Assembly: GCA_013265495.1 (NCBI GenBank)
Contig: MU058213.1
Span: 1,860,001-1,924,000, forward strand
Reading direction: 5' to 3'
DNA from: Vicugna vicugna
Taxonomy: Eukaryota
DNA: 64,000 nucleotides
The position numbers and the translations under genes are program-made. Below are positions 1 to 12,100 of the stretch, one piece after another (the first letter of the stretch is position 1; every line of letters begins with the position of its first letter). A model generated the notes under the pieces. The model searched no databases. It was not told the origin of the DNA and was given only the letters and a program-made list of their open reading frames with translations.

Positions 1-854
1 TCCTGCCAATGACATGAAATGACACTTGTTGTCTTCAGGGGTCACAGTTGGACGTTTCCAGTGGCATGCTCTTACTGGAAGACTTACTAATTTCCAGTTT
101 ACATTTTCCTCTTATGTGTCATCCGTAGAGTCCTTGTTGATGAAATCACAGCACAAAGTGTTCTGGGGACCACTGTACAGGAAGCCACATAACTTCATTA
201 GAAAGATATCTACTCAAGAAAGTTTTAACTTTGCAACATTTTTGGTCACAGCTAATTTTCAAAGTGTTTCACAATGCTAACTACATACATGTTTACAAAA
301 CAATGATTTTCATATGAAATTAGACACAATTTTGAGCATTTTACATGTAAAATAACATTTTGTGGAGAACCAAAGACTATATGGCACTGTTTTTAATAAC
401 TGTATGATCAAAGTGTATGCAATATAAAATTTTTAAAATTACATGAATGAGTCTATTCTATGAAAATAAGACTTTAAAATCAATTGGAATTAATATATTC
501 CAAGCCTTCATTTTAAATGCATGACATAAAACTGAATTTAAAAAATGCAGTTATTATGATGTGCCCTCTAAAGATTGAAGAGAGAGAATATCTTTTCTAA
601 AACGGTGATATGAATAGTTATAAAAGACTTTTTAAAAACAGAATATTGGAGGAAAACATGCAAGGAAGGAAATAAAAAATATCCCCAACACTACCATCTA
701 GAGATAGAATGTTAATATTTAGTAAAATATTTTCCTATCATTTTTGTAATAGTGACATGTTCAAAGTGGCCTTAATTTAATTTCTAAAATAGCAACAGAA
801 TATTTCAGACCTGAGGCCACCGTTCTGTGTTTATAAGGCTATAAATTTTACCTT

Positions 855-1045
855 ATATTTGAAGTGCTTTATGGTGTTCAGATTGCTTTCCATAAACCAT
901 CTCATAGACAGGACTTTGGACGAGTCCTGTGAGGGAGCTCTCTACATGGATGGGGAAGCAAGGCTCTGAGATGCATAGTAAGGACACGCTGCCTGGACAC
1001 GTGGCAATGAAGTCTTGGTGCTCAAACCTAGATTATTCCCTTATG
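855..1045 (-). mobile_element. MIR SINE in the 3' UTR region
   Basis: catggatggggaagcaaggctctgagatg...ctcaaacctag, the MIR core. Confidence 0.55.
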
Positions 1046-1164
1046 CAATATACCCAGTGTGTAACTCCACAATGAATAATAGAATCCTGGCTTGAAAATC
1101 TGAAAATAAGATATTCCTTGCAGGGAAGTATATAAACATAAATATCACCAAGATTATTGCCAAA

Positions 1165-1202
1165 AAAGGAACCCAATGTAATTTCTAAATGATTTATTTA
1201 TT
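1165..1202 (-). terminator. Candidate polyadenylation site in the WDR72 3' UTR
   Basis: Overlapping AATAAA hexamers on the minus strand (tttatttatt at 1193-1202). A CA dinucleotide lies about 15 nt downstream (1178-1177), followed by GU/U-rich ttgggttcctttttt. Confidence 0.4.
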
Positions 1203-2089
1203 ACAATGACAAGGAAAACTCTGCATACAAGCCCATTTGTTTGCTAATACAATTACTCCACTGTGACCTAAGACTTGACATACAAAAGGACAAACACTTA
1301 ATCAAGAGACAATCAGTTTTGAGTTTCTAGCTGTGGTACCATGTTGTTGATTCAGTTAATTGTGTGGCAATTTACTACTTCAAGTTCTCCTCACAACAGA
1401 AATTCCTGCAATATGTTGAACATAAATCAGTGTAATTATTTTAAAACAGACTAGTGGATTTGTGTCATAAACACACTTGAACATGGATATTAGGGAACAT
1501 TATTTAAATGAGTATCTCTTAAAACTCTCATTTTTAGGAATTAAAATTTTGATACTTAATGCTGTTGGCCTCCGATATTTATATTGGTAAAAGAAGATTT
1601 TAGTCATTTGATAGGAATTTTAAAATTTTAGCAACTATAAAATATGATGTGAAAAAAATCTTTAAAAATCTCATTTAGTAATGTCAAGGACATGCTACTT
1701 CTAATTTGCTATAGCTAGTGACATCATAAAATATTTATCAAGGATTCAATATTGGTTTCCTTGGGCCTAAAAAAATGCTAAATATGACAGCTATATAAAC
1801 TTATTTTTATTGTTCTTTGAAAAAAGAATAATAGGACATAGCTATAAAAGCAAAAGTTTACCTTTAACAACTATGCCAGAACTTGAGCATTCAAGTTAGT
1901 TTTAACTGTTAAAATTACCCTTTTGAGAGGATATATCTTTATTTGATACTGCCATAATTAAAAATAACAATCGGGAGTTCTGCTAGCACACAGCATGCAA
2001 GAAAATGTGTTCCACTGCCTAGCTTGTTCCCCTCCTTTATTTTGAAACTTGTTCCAAGTGGCTTTTGACAGTTTTCAAAGCCCTAGTCA

Positions 2090-2108
2090 TACACACACAC
2101 ACACACAC
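2090..2108. repeat. (CA)n microsatellite in the 3' UTR region
   Basis: About 9 CA units. Confidence 0.9.
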
Positions 2109-3460
2109 GATTTTCAAAGGGTGACGGTTTTCTATCATTATTCATATTAATACTACATTACTGTTTCTGAAGTATGAGTCAAAAGTAATTTCAAGTAATG
2201 TCATCATCTTTTAGGCAAAAAAAAGAGAACACATATTTCTATCTACTTTACAAGAGTCACCCTCACCTGATGTCTTATGTTCTGGCATATTCATTTAGGT
2301 CAGTCATTAATTATAAGCTCTTTAAGGATACAGACCATGCTATTTCAAGTTTATAGTTCTGTTCTCTGATATCCCCTACTCCCTTGCCCAGTGTATCCTC
2401 CCTTGCACAGAACTCAATGCTGGTGCACCCCAAAACGTTTGTTAAATTGAAGTGACTAGGACTTCCCTATTAGACAGATAGAGATGTATATCATATATTT
2501 AACACTTTATTTCTATTTTTCTATGGATTAGTCAATATTTGTATTCATATGCACACTAATAATCTTCTTGGTGATTTTCTATAAATTTAGGAATTATACA
2601 ATATAAATCACAGCAAATGAATCAGATCACTAAAGGCCTTAATAGATGAGCACTTTATGTCTGTTTGTATTTATATTGCTTCGCATATTTTAGTCTGAGA
2701 ATTCCTGCTAGTCAAGCTTCTTTCTGGGAATAGGACTATCAGAGTTTATACTTAATAAGGACAGTTGTGATGTAAGTAGATTCCCCTTCCTTAGTTCACA
2801 TCTATATGGTCAACAAGATCAACCTTTAGCTAAAGACATTAGCCTCTGTTTCATTACAAGTCCAAATTAACTTGACTGCACAAGATTGGTCCCTGTTACA
2901 CTGTGTATGACTTATTCAGGCTAATTGATGACTAAATGGAACTGGCTATTTGTTGACAACATTTCATGCTTAAGGATGAGATTTACCGTAGGGTGATTGA
3001 TCCAAATTAAAACAACTACTAAAGCAAAATGTCTTAACCTGACAAATCAAACAAATTTGGTAACGTTTTAGATTAAATACATTAAAGCAACATTACATTT
3101 AAAAGCATTGTTTTTTACACTGTTGAAAAACAATGAAGTTATATAATTCAGGAACTGAAAAATGGAAGAAAATCTAAAATTGTTAAATTTGCATCTGTGG
3201 GCTGGCATTCCTTGTTGGAAATAGTCAAAGAAAAGTGAGAAGCATAAAATGATTTAGATAATGATTTCCTAAAATTAGATGAATTTGATATTTTTGATTA
3301 GTAACCACACTTTGAATACATTCTGGCCAAAATATCAGCAGACCTACTGCAACCTAATAACTAGACTAATAACAACGGAGCTTATGTACAATGAGAAACA
3401 AATGGCATGTCTGGGGTTTCTTAATTTGTCCAAATCCATTTCCTAGACATGAGATTCCAT

Positions 3461-3516
3461 TTAACACAGCTTGCAGGAGCACACCTTTGCTATCCATAAA
3501 TGATGCCTTCGTTCAC
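3461..3516 (-). CDS. WDR72: WDR72 last coding exon (56 nt to stop): (G)ERRHHLWIAKVCSCKLC*
   Basis: Minus strand reads ctgttttcttttcag|GT GAA CGA AGG CAT CAT TTA TGG ATA GCA AAG GTG TGC TCC TGC AAG CTG TGT TAA. The acceptor AG is at 3518-3517 and the stop at 3463-3461. The peptide matches the recalled human WDR72 C-terminus GEPRHHSWIAKVCPCKVS. Phase 1 is compatible with the upstream exon. Confidence 0.95.
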
Positions 3517-3551
3517 CTGAAAAGAAAACAGATTATCTTGGGTTATATAGT

Positions 3552-3718
3552 GAAATAAAGAAAGAAGAAAGAAAAAAGGGAAGGAGAAAGGACAGGAGAG
3601 AAGAGGGTGGAAGAGAGGGGAGGATGAAAGAAGGGAGAAAATGAGGAAAGAAATAAAGGAAGGAAGAGAGGAAGGGAGGAAAGAAGAGAGGAAGGGAGGA
3701 AAGGAAAGAAGAAAGAAA
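3552..3718. repeat. Purine-rich (GA/GGAA) low-complexity tract just upstream of the last-exon acceptor
   Basis: Almost all A/G over about 165 nt, which is pyrimidine-rich on the sense strand. Confidence 0.9.
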
Positions 3719-6438
3719 TTACCTATAATTTCTACATTTCTTTTTCTAAACTGAAGTAAATTCTTAATAAAGAAATTCTTATAAACTTGGCCCCAGGTAC
3801 ATTTTAATTGCACACATTAATAATACAGGTTTTTTAATTGCTAAGAAAGATGAAAAGTTATCAACAAAATGAGTTGGGTTTGAAATGAGTAAATTTCTAT
3901 AAATTTCAAGCTTCTGAATTCTTCTGAGAAACTCACAAGTGCAGTTTTAAGGTCAAATGTTATAACTGTCAGTTGAAATATGATTTGAGTTATAGAATCA
4001 AAAAAGCATGTTTCTCAGAATACTTCGATGACTGTTCTTGTAAGCTAAAAAATATTGCTTTATTAAATTCATTTGGCTATTAAGCTAATTGGAGCATTGT
4101 GCCTTAGTTAACTATTTCTAAACACATTTATATTAATAATGTGACCTGCATAATGATTCCCACTTCTACTGGCAGAAACTCAAAAGGCTGATTATTTAGT
4201 TCAGTTAAACCAATATTCAACATTGTACTATATACATATTACATGTATATGCCTAGAATTTTACATCTTTTAGAAGTTATTAGAGTGATGCTTACAGTTT
4301 TCCCTTCAGGTAAATTATTTAAAATATTGATACTGTTAAATATGACGGGAAGACACAGCTTACATGTTTTTACTACTGAAATTGTTCTAGAACATTTTTT
4401 TTTATCTCTAACCGTAAGAACTACGTTCTTGATGGCTATGATAGATGGGCTGCTCACACATTCTACATTTTTTCTGCTTCATGCATCATCATCAGCCATC
4501 TCCAACACTCCAGTCCTGAATCTGTCCTACTTTCTGTTACCTGATTTTTGCTGGTGATTCATGAGCCAGAATAGTGAAAGGAAAAAAAAATCCACCTTGG
4601 CTTTTCACAATGTAGTATTCCCTAGGAAACTGGGAGAAATGTAGTTTTGTTTATCAGATTCATGCAAATGCAATATTGATTGACAATGATGTACATAGAT
4701 CTACACACATAACGTGCTATATAAAAACTGCTAAAATGTTCTATTAATGGCCAAATGTATACTGATTATAAACTACTTCAGAATAATGTGAAAATGCTTT
4801 TATGAATGCCTTTTTTTTGTAATTCCAAGCTCTGTCTTGTCATTACCATATTCAGCTGAAACTATATTTAAATGTACTATCCCTAGTGCACTAGGAAGTA
4901 AAATTCTTAATTTTCTAAGCCAATAAGGTAATAAAAGCTCAAGGTGTCTCATTAACATTTGGATAAAATTTATGAAAATCACACAAAATTTTTTTATCAT
5001 CATGAGTACAAAGGTGAGGGGCAAGGAAGTTTTTTTTTTAATATTCTGGAGAACAGGGATTGAGCTATATTCACTGTGCATGAAACAGTTAACAAGAAGT
5101 TAACCAACGAAAGATTAAACTGAACTATTTTTGTGACAACATCTTTCAGATTCAGAAGTGACTAGGCCTTAAAGAGCCAAAGAAAGAAAGTGTAATGGCC
5201 CTAAAAACTCTAAAAAGGGAGCTGCAACTTCACATGTTGTCTCAGCGCTTCTATCACTAGACATCAAAGTTATTCCCATAGGTTCCTGGAATGTATAAAC
5301 GCCCGTGAAGAAGCAAGTAGACTTCACGGAGTCTAAGCCAGAAACTTCAATCTGAGATTCACCTGTGAGTCAAAACTCTTTGCTAATGAATTATTCCAAA
5401 GAAAAGACATTGCTGAGGGAGACCTCAACCTATCAGACAAGACCTCCAGGTTCACTTGCAGGGTCAGAGTAACAAGAATGCTCTGGTCTAAAGTTGCTTT
5501 GCCAACCTTAATGGACTGCAGGCACTCACCTGGGTATACAGCTTGAACCAATAAAGAGATCACAATGGCATGATGGATAAGGTAGAGCACTCTAGAGACC
5601 AGGTGAATGACCACTCCACCAGGCATCTAAATTGTGACCTATATGCACACTTCAGCCCATTTACAAATGGGTCATCCTAGTCAGTTCAGTGCTGGAGAAA
5701 CAGTGATGTCAACGAAAAAATAAACAATCTACACTGAGTTCAAAACCCATTTTACTCAAAAATAATAAATTCACAAAGTCAACTTTACTGTATTATACAC
5801 ATTCTAAAAATCTGACTTTATTATTGATATTTTTAAATGCTCTTTTGACATTTTAAAAATTTCAACTTCATCTTTTAAAAAATATTTTAGTTTTTCTGTG
5901 CTTCCAGTTTTCTGGCTCTCTGAAAATGCAAATTGGTTCGTATTAGCAATATAAAGCTATATGAGCTAAAGTAAAATGATGTTTAGAGGATTTGCCAAGA
6001 AAAGACTTCATTTGGAGGGAACAATATATGAGGCAATATTCTTGAACTGTGCTTGGATTAGAAAATGATTTTTTTGTTTTCATTTTTTAGATGCTGTTTG
6101 AACAACTGGCTATTCATTTAAAATGATGTAATAAATATATTAATCATTTAGAATTGCATAGATAAAACCACATAAGGTCAATATCCATTACAGCTAGAAG
6201 ACTGACCACATTCAACTTCGTAACAGAGGGATTTTGCATGTACATGAAGATGTTTAAAAGAATTTTAAATGAGATTTAAATTCCAGGTGAAAATGCTAAG
6301 AATGATTCATGCAGATTTAAATACACTCCTTTCCATACAAGAAATAACAAATATACTAATGCAACTATAAGTTCAGCTGCTGAAGCACCTCTATTGGTTT
6401 GAAGACATCTTTTCAAAGCTTACCACTTAGGAATCCCA

Positions 6439-6491
6439 AATTTTGTGTTTCCTTCTAATTTTGTGTTTCCTTCTAATTTTGTGTTTCCTTC
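6439..6491. repeat. 18-bp tandem repeat, about 3 copies (aattttgtgtttccttct)
   Basis: Exact copies start at 6439, 6457 and 6475. Confidence 0.95.
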
Positions 6492-9024
6492 CAGAGGAAC
6501 ACCACTTATACATGGTAAATAGCAGTAACTAAACCACCAAAGTAATGTTTGCAGTTTTGGAGTCCCTACCTTTGAATGACTTGATATTTTGAAGTTAATT
6601 TTTAGACATTGAGAAGTAGACAGTCATATTTTCACAGTTCAAGGAAGTCCTACTATGCCACCAATTTTACAAATCTTCCTTCATGTTCAGTTTTAAGAAT
6701 TTTGCCTCTTAAATGCTCATACTTCAAGGAAATGCACTCTCTCATCAAAATCTCTTACTAAATAAGCACCTCTGTCAGAAGTGTCTTAATTTCTTATCAC
6801 AGAATTTTATCCACACAAGGAGCAATAAATAATTCATGTCACTGCTTCTTTGTTGTGTGTCCCTGAACTGCACAGAGCTGGAAGGCTGACAGCTGTGTCA
6901 GGACAAGCACCAAAGATCTGACATGACAAGTGACTAACAAGTTTCTTTCAGTTCATAGAGAAGGAAGACAATGGCCCAAAGTGCAGAAAGAAATCCTGAA
7001 ACAAAATAAAACTGCTTCTTTCTTTTTACCTAAGTGTTTGCTATGAGCTTATTTCCAACCCACAAGCCCTGGTCATTTTATAGGACTGCCCAGCCCCCTT
7101 TATTCCTCACACTCGCTTGGCCATTTACGCCTGGCCACGGATCAATATGAGCAATTCTTGGAGAAATACGATGTCTCCATGACAACCAAGCCACAAATTC
7201 TCAGTGGAAGGCAGTGAGACCAGTAGTGAACTCTCCAGAGGTTTCTAGGCCTATAAGGCAAGATGTCTTAAAATGCAGGAATGGGCAGAGGAAAAAGCCA
7301 GAGTAATTCATTCTTTATTACCAGTTTAATGATGTCCAATGTATAGAAAGGTACTCACTTTTTAAGTTAAGATTCTTTATCAGCACCTATATTTTCTAAT
7401 TGATCTTTCTTTTTTTATATAGCCTTTTGTTTCTATCAATCAGATAGACTATGCTATATTTGAATCTTACTACAGTTCCACTCATATTGTGGGATGACAG
7501 AAATGTATTCTACTTTTGAAATAGTATAAAGCTGATCTCTTCTTGCCAAAACCAATGAACACTTCAGTAAAAAACTTGACCTATGGATGTAACAGCCTGG
7601 TAAAATGGTTAATAGAAAACTGTTTAATAAGACAGTTTAAAAACCTAGTCAAAACTAGATAATTTTAGTCAAAACTAAAAGTAATTTTAAAATAATTTTA
7701 ATAGAAATCTAATGCTACCACTACCCTTCCCCATTTCATGCAAGACACATCTACATTTGTCTTTTACATGTTATGGCAGAGGGTAGAGTTAATGTGCTGC
7801 TGAAAAATTTCTGTCATTGCTAAAGATGCCGTTTCTCAGTTCTATGGATGCTGAAGCAGAAGAGTGGCTGAGAACAGACACACAGCAGCAGCTCATCTTT
7901 GAGGAATCTTGGCATAGTGGAGGGGACTGAAATACAAGCCATCGCCACTGGGCCTATTGGGGTTCAGAGATGACTTAGGGGACCTGACATAGATTGCAGG
8001 CTGCACCTTTCACTGAAAATTAAATCTCAGTAGCTCTCCTCGGGGAAGGATCAGGGGACTGTTTGCAGCTGCCCCCTGTCAGCGAAGGCTACAAGATTGG
8101 GAAATCTCTTAACTAAGCTGACAGGCCACAGAGAGGATGAATCAAAAATCTGATACATGGATCAGCACACAAAGATGCGAGAGGGTAGAGGGTGCACAGC
8201 AGCCAGAGAAAACGGGAGAAAAACGTTCTCTCAGGGAAGATAGTTAACTCTTTTGCTCATGATAATAAAGCACCTTCTTAACACCTATGGCTTTGTGGTG
8301 AACCGGCAATTGTCATTCAACGTTCACAAGATTTTTTTCTCTTAATTAGTTGTTAAGGCTAGTCATATTTCAAAAACAAAAACAGAAACAAAAGTTGATG
8401 CTTAAGTGTTTTTCTGGCCTCATCCTTCCAGTACATTTCAGTCTAATCTTTTTACAAAGAAAATACAAACATTAGTAACTTGGACAGAAGGTAAATTTTA
8501 TTGAGTAAGGAAGGATTACTATTTTCTTTTGTCTTATTCTAAACAGTTGACAACCTCCATTAGTCCACTGCTGTTACGTTAAAATCCTCTCATTCGAATT
8601 AGAGTTCTGTTTGTATTTAGAAAGGTAAGTAGATAGTAATGATGACAATTTGTTTCTCTTTTCTCCCTAATTCTCCATTTCCACCTGACCCCATTATTTG
8701 AAATATTTAAAATATTGCCACTTCTCCAGTTTCCAATCTCTGCCTCTATTAACCAGTTTAGCCTAAAATTGATGATAATGAACTAGTAGTGTCAGCTTCC
8801 CTTTTCAGTCATAAAGCCTTTGTACTTCCTCCAACTGAATTCTTGATGAAAGAGGAAAAGATAACAGCTCCACACTGTGACCCCTGGAGGTGACCATTAA
8901 TTTGACAGTGCAGCTGCTAAGAGAAAACAGCATTACAATGTCTTCTCCCCCCACCCTCTTCCAAGAACCCCAAAGCTGTGTCAAATTTATCATTTATACT
9001 TGACTATGTTTAAATGGCTTTCAC

Positions 9025-9129
9025 CTGGACTCTCAGACTCTTCCAAGACACATCTGTCAGGCATGTCCTCCGTGTCTTGGAAGTTTGCCGAGTTTGAGTT
9101 GCTGTCATGCTTGACCGGACTGACTGGAG
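9025..9129 (-). CDS. WDR72: WDR72 penultimate coding exon (105 nt): [34 protein letters not shown](G)
   Basis: Polypyrimidine tract and acceptor ...ctctttttttttaatag| with AG at 9131-9130; donor CCAG|gtgaaag with GT at 9024-9023. The exon is 105 nt, phase 1 to phase 1. The peptide matches recalled human WDR72 ...[21 protein letters not shown] and splices in frame to the 3516 exon. Confidence 0.95.
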
Positions 9130-12100
9130 CTATTAAAAAAAAGAGAGTGCAAAGAAAGAGAAAGAGAGTGATGAAAAAGTAGTAATAAACACCATTAAAC
9201 ATTTCCTTTCATTTCCACAGATATTTCCAGGGACACACTATGTAAACACAAATAACAAATTGAAATAAAATGTATCCTCTAAGTATGTATTGGCAGACAT
9301 GTAATTAGTTGAAAAATCTATAGATGAGACTTTATCTTAAAAGAAAAATAAGTTCATGGCATCAGCTTAAAAGCTACATAGTAACAAAGTGATCTCTTCG
9401 AAGTAGAAATCGTATTTTTAATGCATAAATCTAAAACAATATAGTCAATTAATGGCAACAAGACACAGAGAAGAACATCAGGCTGGTCAATTAGGCCCGC
9501 TATATGCTGGTGCAATGGTTCCTTTTGTCACACAAATCACAGTGAAGGAACATTTTGTATGCATTTTGGTTTTCTTCCACCGAAGTAAAAACTATGGTAC
9601 CAAACACCAAATAAAAATTCCTATAAAATAAATTTCAAAATATAGAATGATATTGCAGATGATAATAAGGAGGGCTGGTGTTTTAATGGTAGGTCTTCAG
9701 ACAACTGATAATGAGATTTTTTTTGTGGGTAGGATTTATGAACAGAAACAGAAGCCAGCATAAGAATCTAAAATTTCCTATAAACACATTACAACTACTA
9801 GCTCTGTTAGAGAAACACAGACATAAGTGTCCACATTTTTCCACAAGTTTTAATACTTGGTCTAAAGTATCTCCACAAGTAAAGTATTTCCCTATTATAT
9901 TTGTTCAAGGAATCATTTGTCAGGAAAAGTAGATACGGTCTTCATGAAGACACTCTGAATAACAAAACAAAGCAAGTCTTCAATAATATAAATTATGTGA
10001 TACTTACTTGTCTGAAGCCAAATAATATAAATATGTATATTATTGACTACATTGGAATTTTATGTATGACAAATTGCTTCAGTGAACATTGCCACTGTCT
10101 CCTCAGGTCTTGATAACATACACAACATATTATTTATAAGCCATAAATGCAATAGAGAAAATATATATTTATAAGCATAATATGATTATATGTATATAAT
10201 GTATATTTATAAGAAGTAATGTTTGTTGGCCCCGGGGGAGCAGGCCTGGCCACTATTCCTAAACCTCCATTAGGAGATGAGGGAGTAAATGCAGAGGGTA
10301 GAGCTGTGTTACTTCACACGTTCAATCAGTGCCACAAAGGAGGACTGCCTGATATCCAGAGTAGTTTTTGGAGAGCTCACGCCTCCCACACTCCTCGTCT
10401 GGTTTTCATGGACTGTGCATAGCAGTGGTGACCGTGTCCTGAGGCCCACATACACACAGTTTAAAGGAGACTAGTAACATGATTCTGGTCTAGATATTCT
10501 CTCCAGTTTCACCCACCCTCTTAGAATACAGATAGTGCTGCTCTGTCCTGTGGAAGTGTGAGCAAAGTTTGAATGCACTGCTTCTCTAAAACCTTTTGGG
10601 AACAAAATATGAGAAAAAACGTCCGAAATTTGATTTTGAATTAATAGACTCTATTTTTCATTTCGTGCATTTGAGTTTTCTGAAAACAAACAAACAAACC
10701 AACAAACAAACAAATACCAACATGAAAGTGGGGACCATGTTTGTTTTATTCACCTCTGTATGCCCTGGAATATGGAAGGGATTCTTGAAGGATCTGTGAA
10801 ATGGATGAACGAGTGAACAAATGAATGAAGCAGAGTTACCATGCTGGATGTCCCCCGATCCAAGAGGATGTGTGCTTTAGTGTATACTTTAAATTATCTT
10901 CAACTAGATCTGTCCAGTTTCTTGTTTAGGCCCACTTGAGAGAAAAGATGCATATTTACAAAATGGTGGTGTTGAGTTAGTCTGTGACTTTGAAGGAGAG
11001 ACCTAAGTAGTATGTATGACCTAGTTATTTTGATATCACTGCTTTTAATTTTCCTCATTTAGGTCATACATACTTATAGATTATTTTTGAAATGATAGAA
11101 TTTTTGTGAAATGTTTAAATGGAATAATTATATGCATAAAAGTTGTACAGTACTATTACATTGGTCAAAATTTTATGGTCTGCTTTAATTTATCTCTATG
11201 TATATTATTTGTAAATTTTCTGAAATACTTACACTGGGGAATTAACATACACCTGAATCTATTACTAACAGCTAATGAAGTGGCACCTGGTTTTATATGG
11301 GCAAATGTATCACACTTGTCATCCTATATGTTATTATTTCATAACTTAAAACTTGCATCTATTCATTCATTTATTCATTCCTCCAAAAGGTTTTTCTAGA
11401 CAAAACTCAGAAGGGCCTCAGAAAGCTGAAGAGAGTATGGTATTCGAACAACAAAGTTGATGTCTGCAACTGTTTGTAGTGGCAATAAAGTGGTTCCAGG
11501 ATGAACTGACATCCAAAATCACTCAAGAAAACTGGAAAGTTAGATATAGTTTTAGCTTCATGATCTCTTTTGAACTCACAGGATAAGGTAGCATGCAGTT
11601 ACTTTTGTCTCTGCCTCTGATTTTGGAGGGTGTGGTTTGTGTTGGGGGTGGGAGAATAGAAAGCATTATTCAGATATTTTGTTTAATTACACTTTAGCTT
11701 GAAAATATGATATTGGTACCAGATTTGTTATTTTTGTACTGGGTAGTTTATGGAGTGTCCAATTAAATTCATTCTGTCCATTGGGAATGACAGACATTGG
11801 AGAGGTTAATTACTGCCATTCCACTTTTTTTTTGATAGGCTAATCCTTGCAATTGTTCTTTTGGGTGTTTCTTGTAATGTTTCATCATTAAAGTCTGACA
11901 CGACGAGTGGCCAAGGCTTCTCTAATGAATCATTTCAACAACGATGAAATCAACAGTTATTGATCTGGTGATTATTGTGGGTAGAGCTCTGTGCCAGACC
12001 ATGTGAGGGATGAAGAAAGAAGGTATTTTTAATGTGCCCGCATACAACTTGTGATCCAGTTCGGATATAATAAAAAGTTAACTAGTAGGAGCATTAGGGA

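Larger units (their letters stand above)
1..3460 (-). other. WDR72: WDR72 3' UTR / 3' flank; the true transcript end is not determinable here
   Basis: Lies directly downstream of the stop codon. AT-rich, no long ORF, several minus-strand AATAAA hexamers. Confidence 0.6.

Noticed and set aside
3490..3813. 107-aa F/L/S/P-rich ORF
   Set aside because: It is a translation of the purine/pyrimidine low-complexity tract and is out of frame with the real exon.
5333..5626. 97-aa minus-strand ORF with a strong donor-like CAG|gtgagt near 5528
   Set aside because: No recognisable homology and no convincing acceptor.
8990..9202. 70-aa ORF taken as a stand-alone gene
   Set aside because: It is the WDR72 exon read through into intron sequence on both sides.
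10215..10660. Possible hAT transposon fragment
   Set aside because: The family could not be assigned with any confidence by eye.
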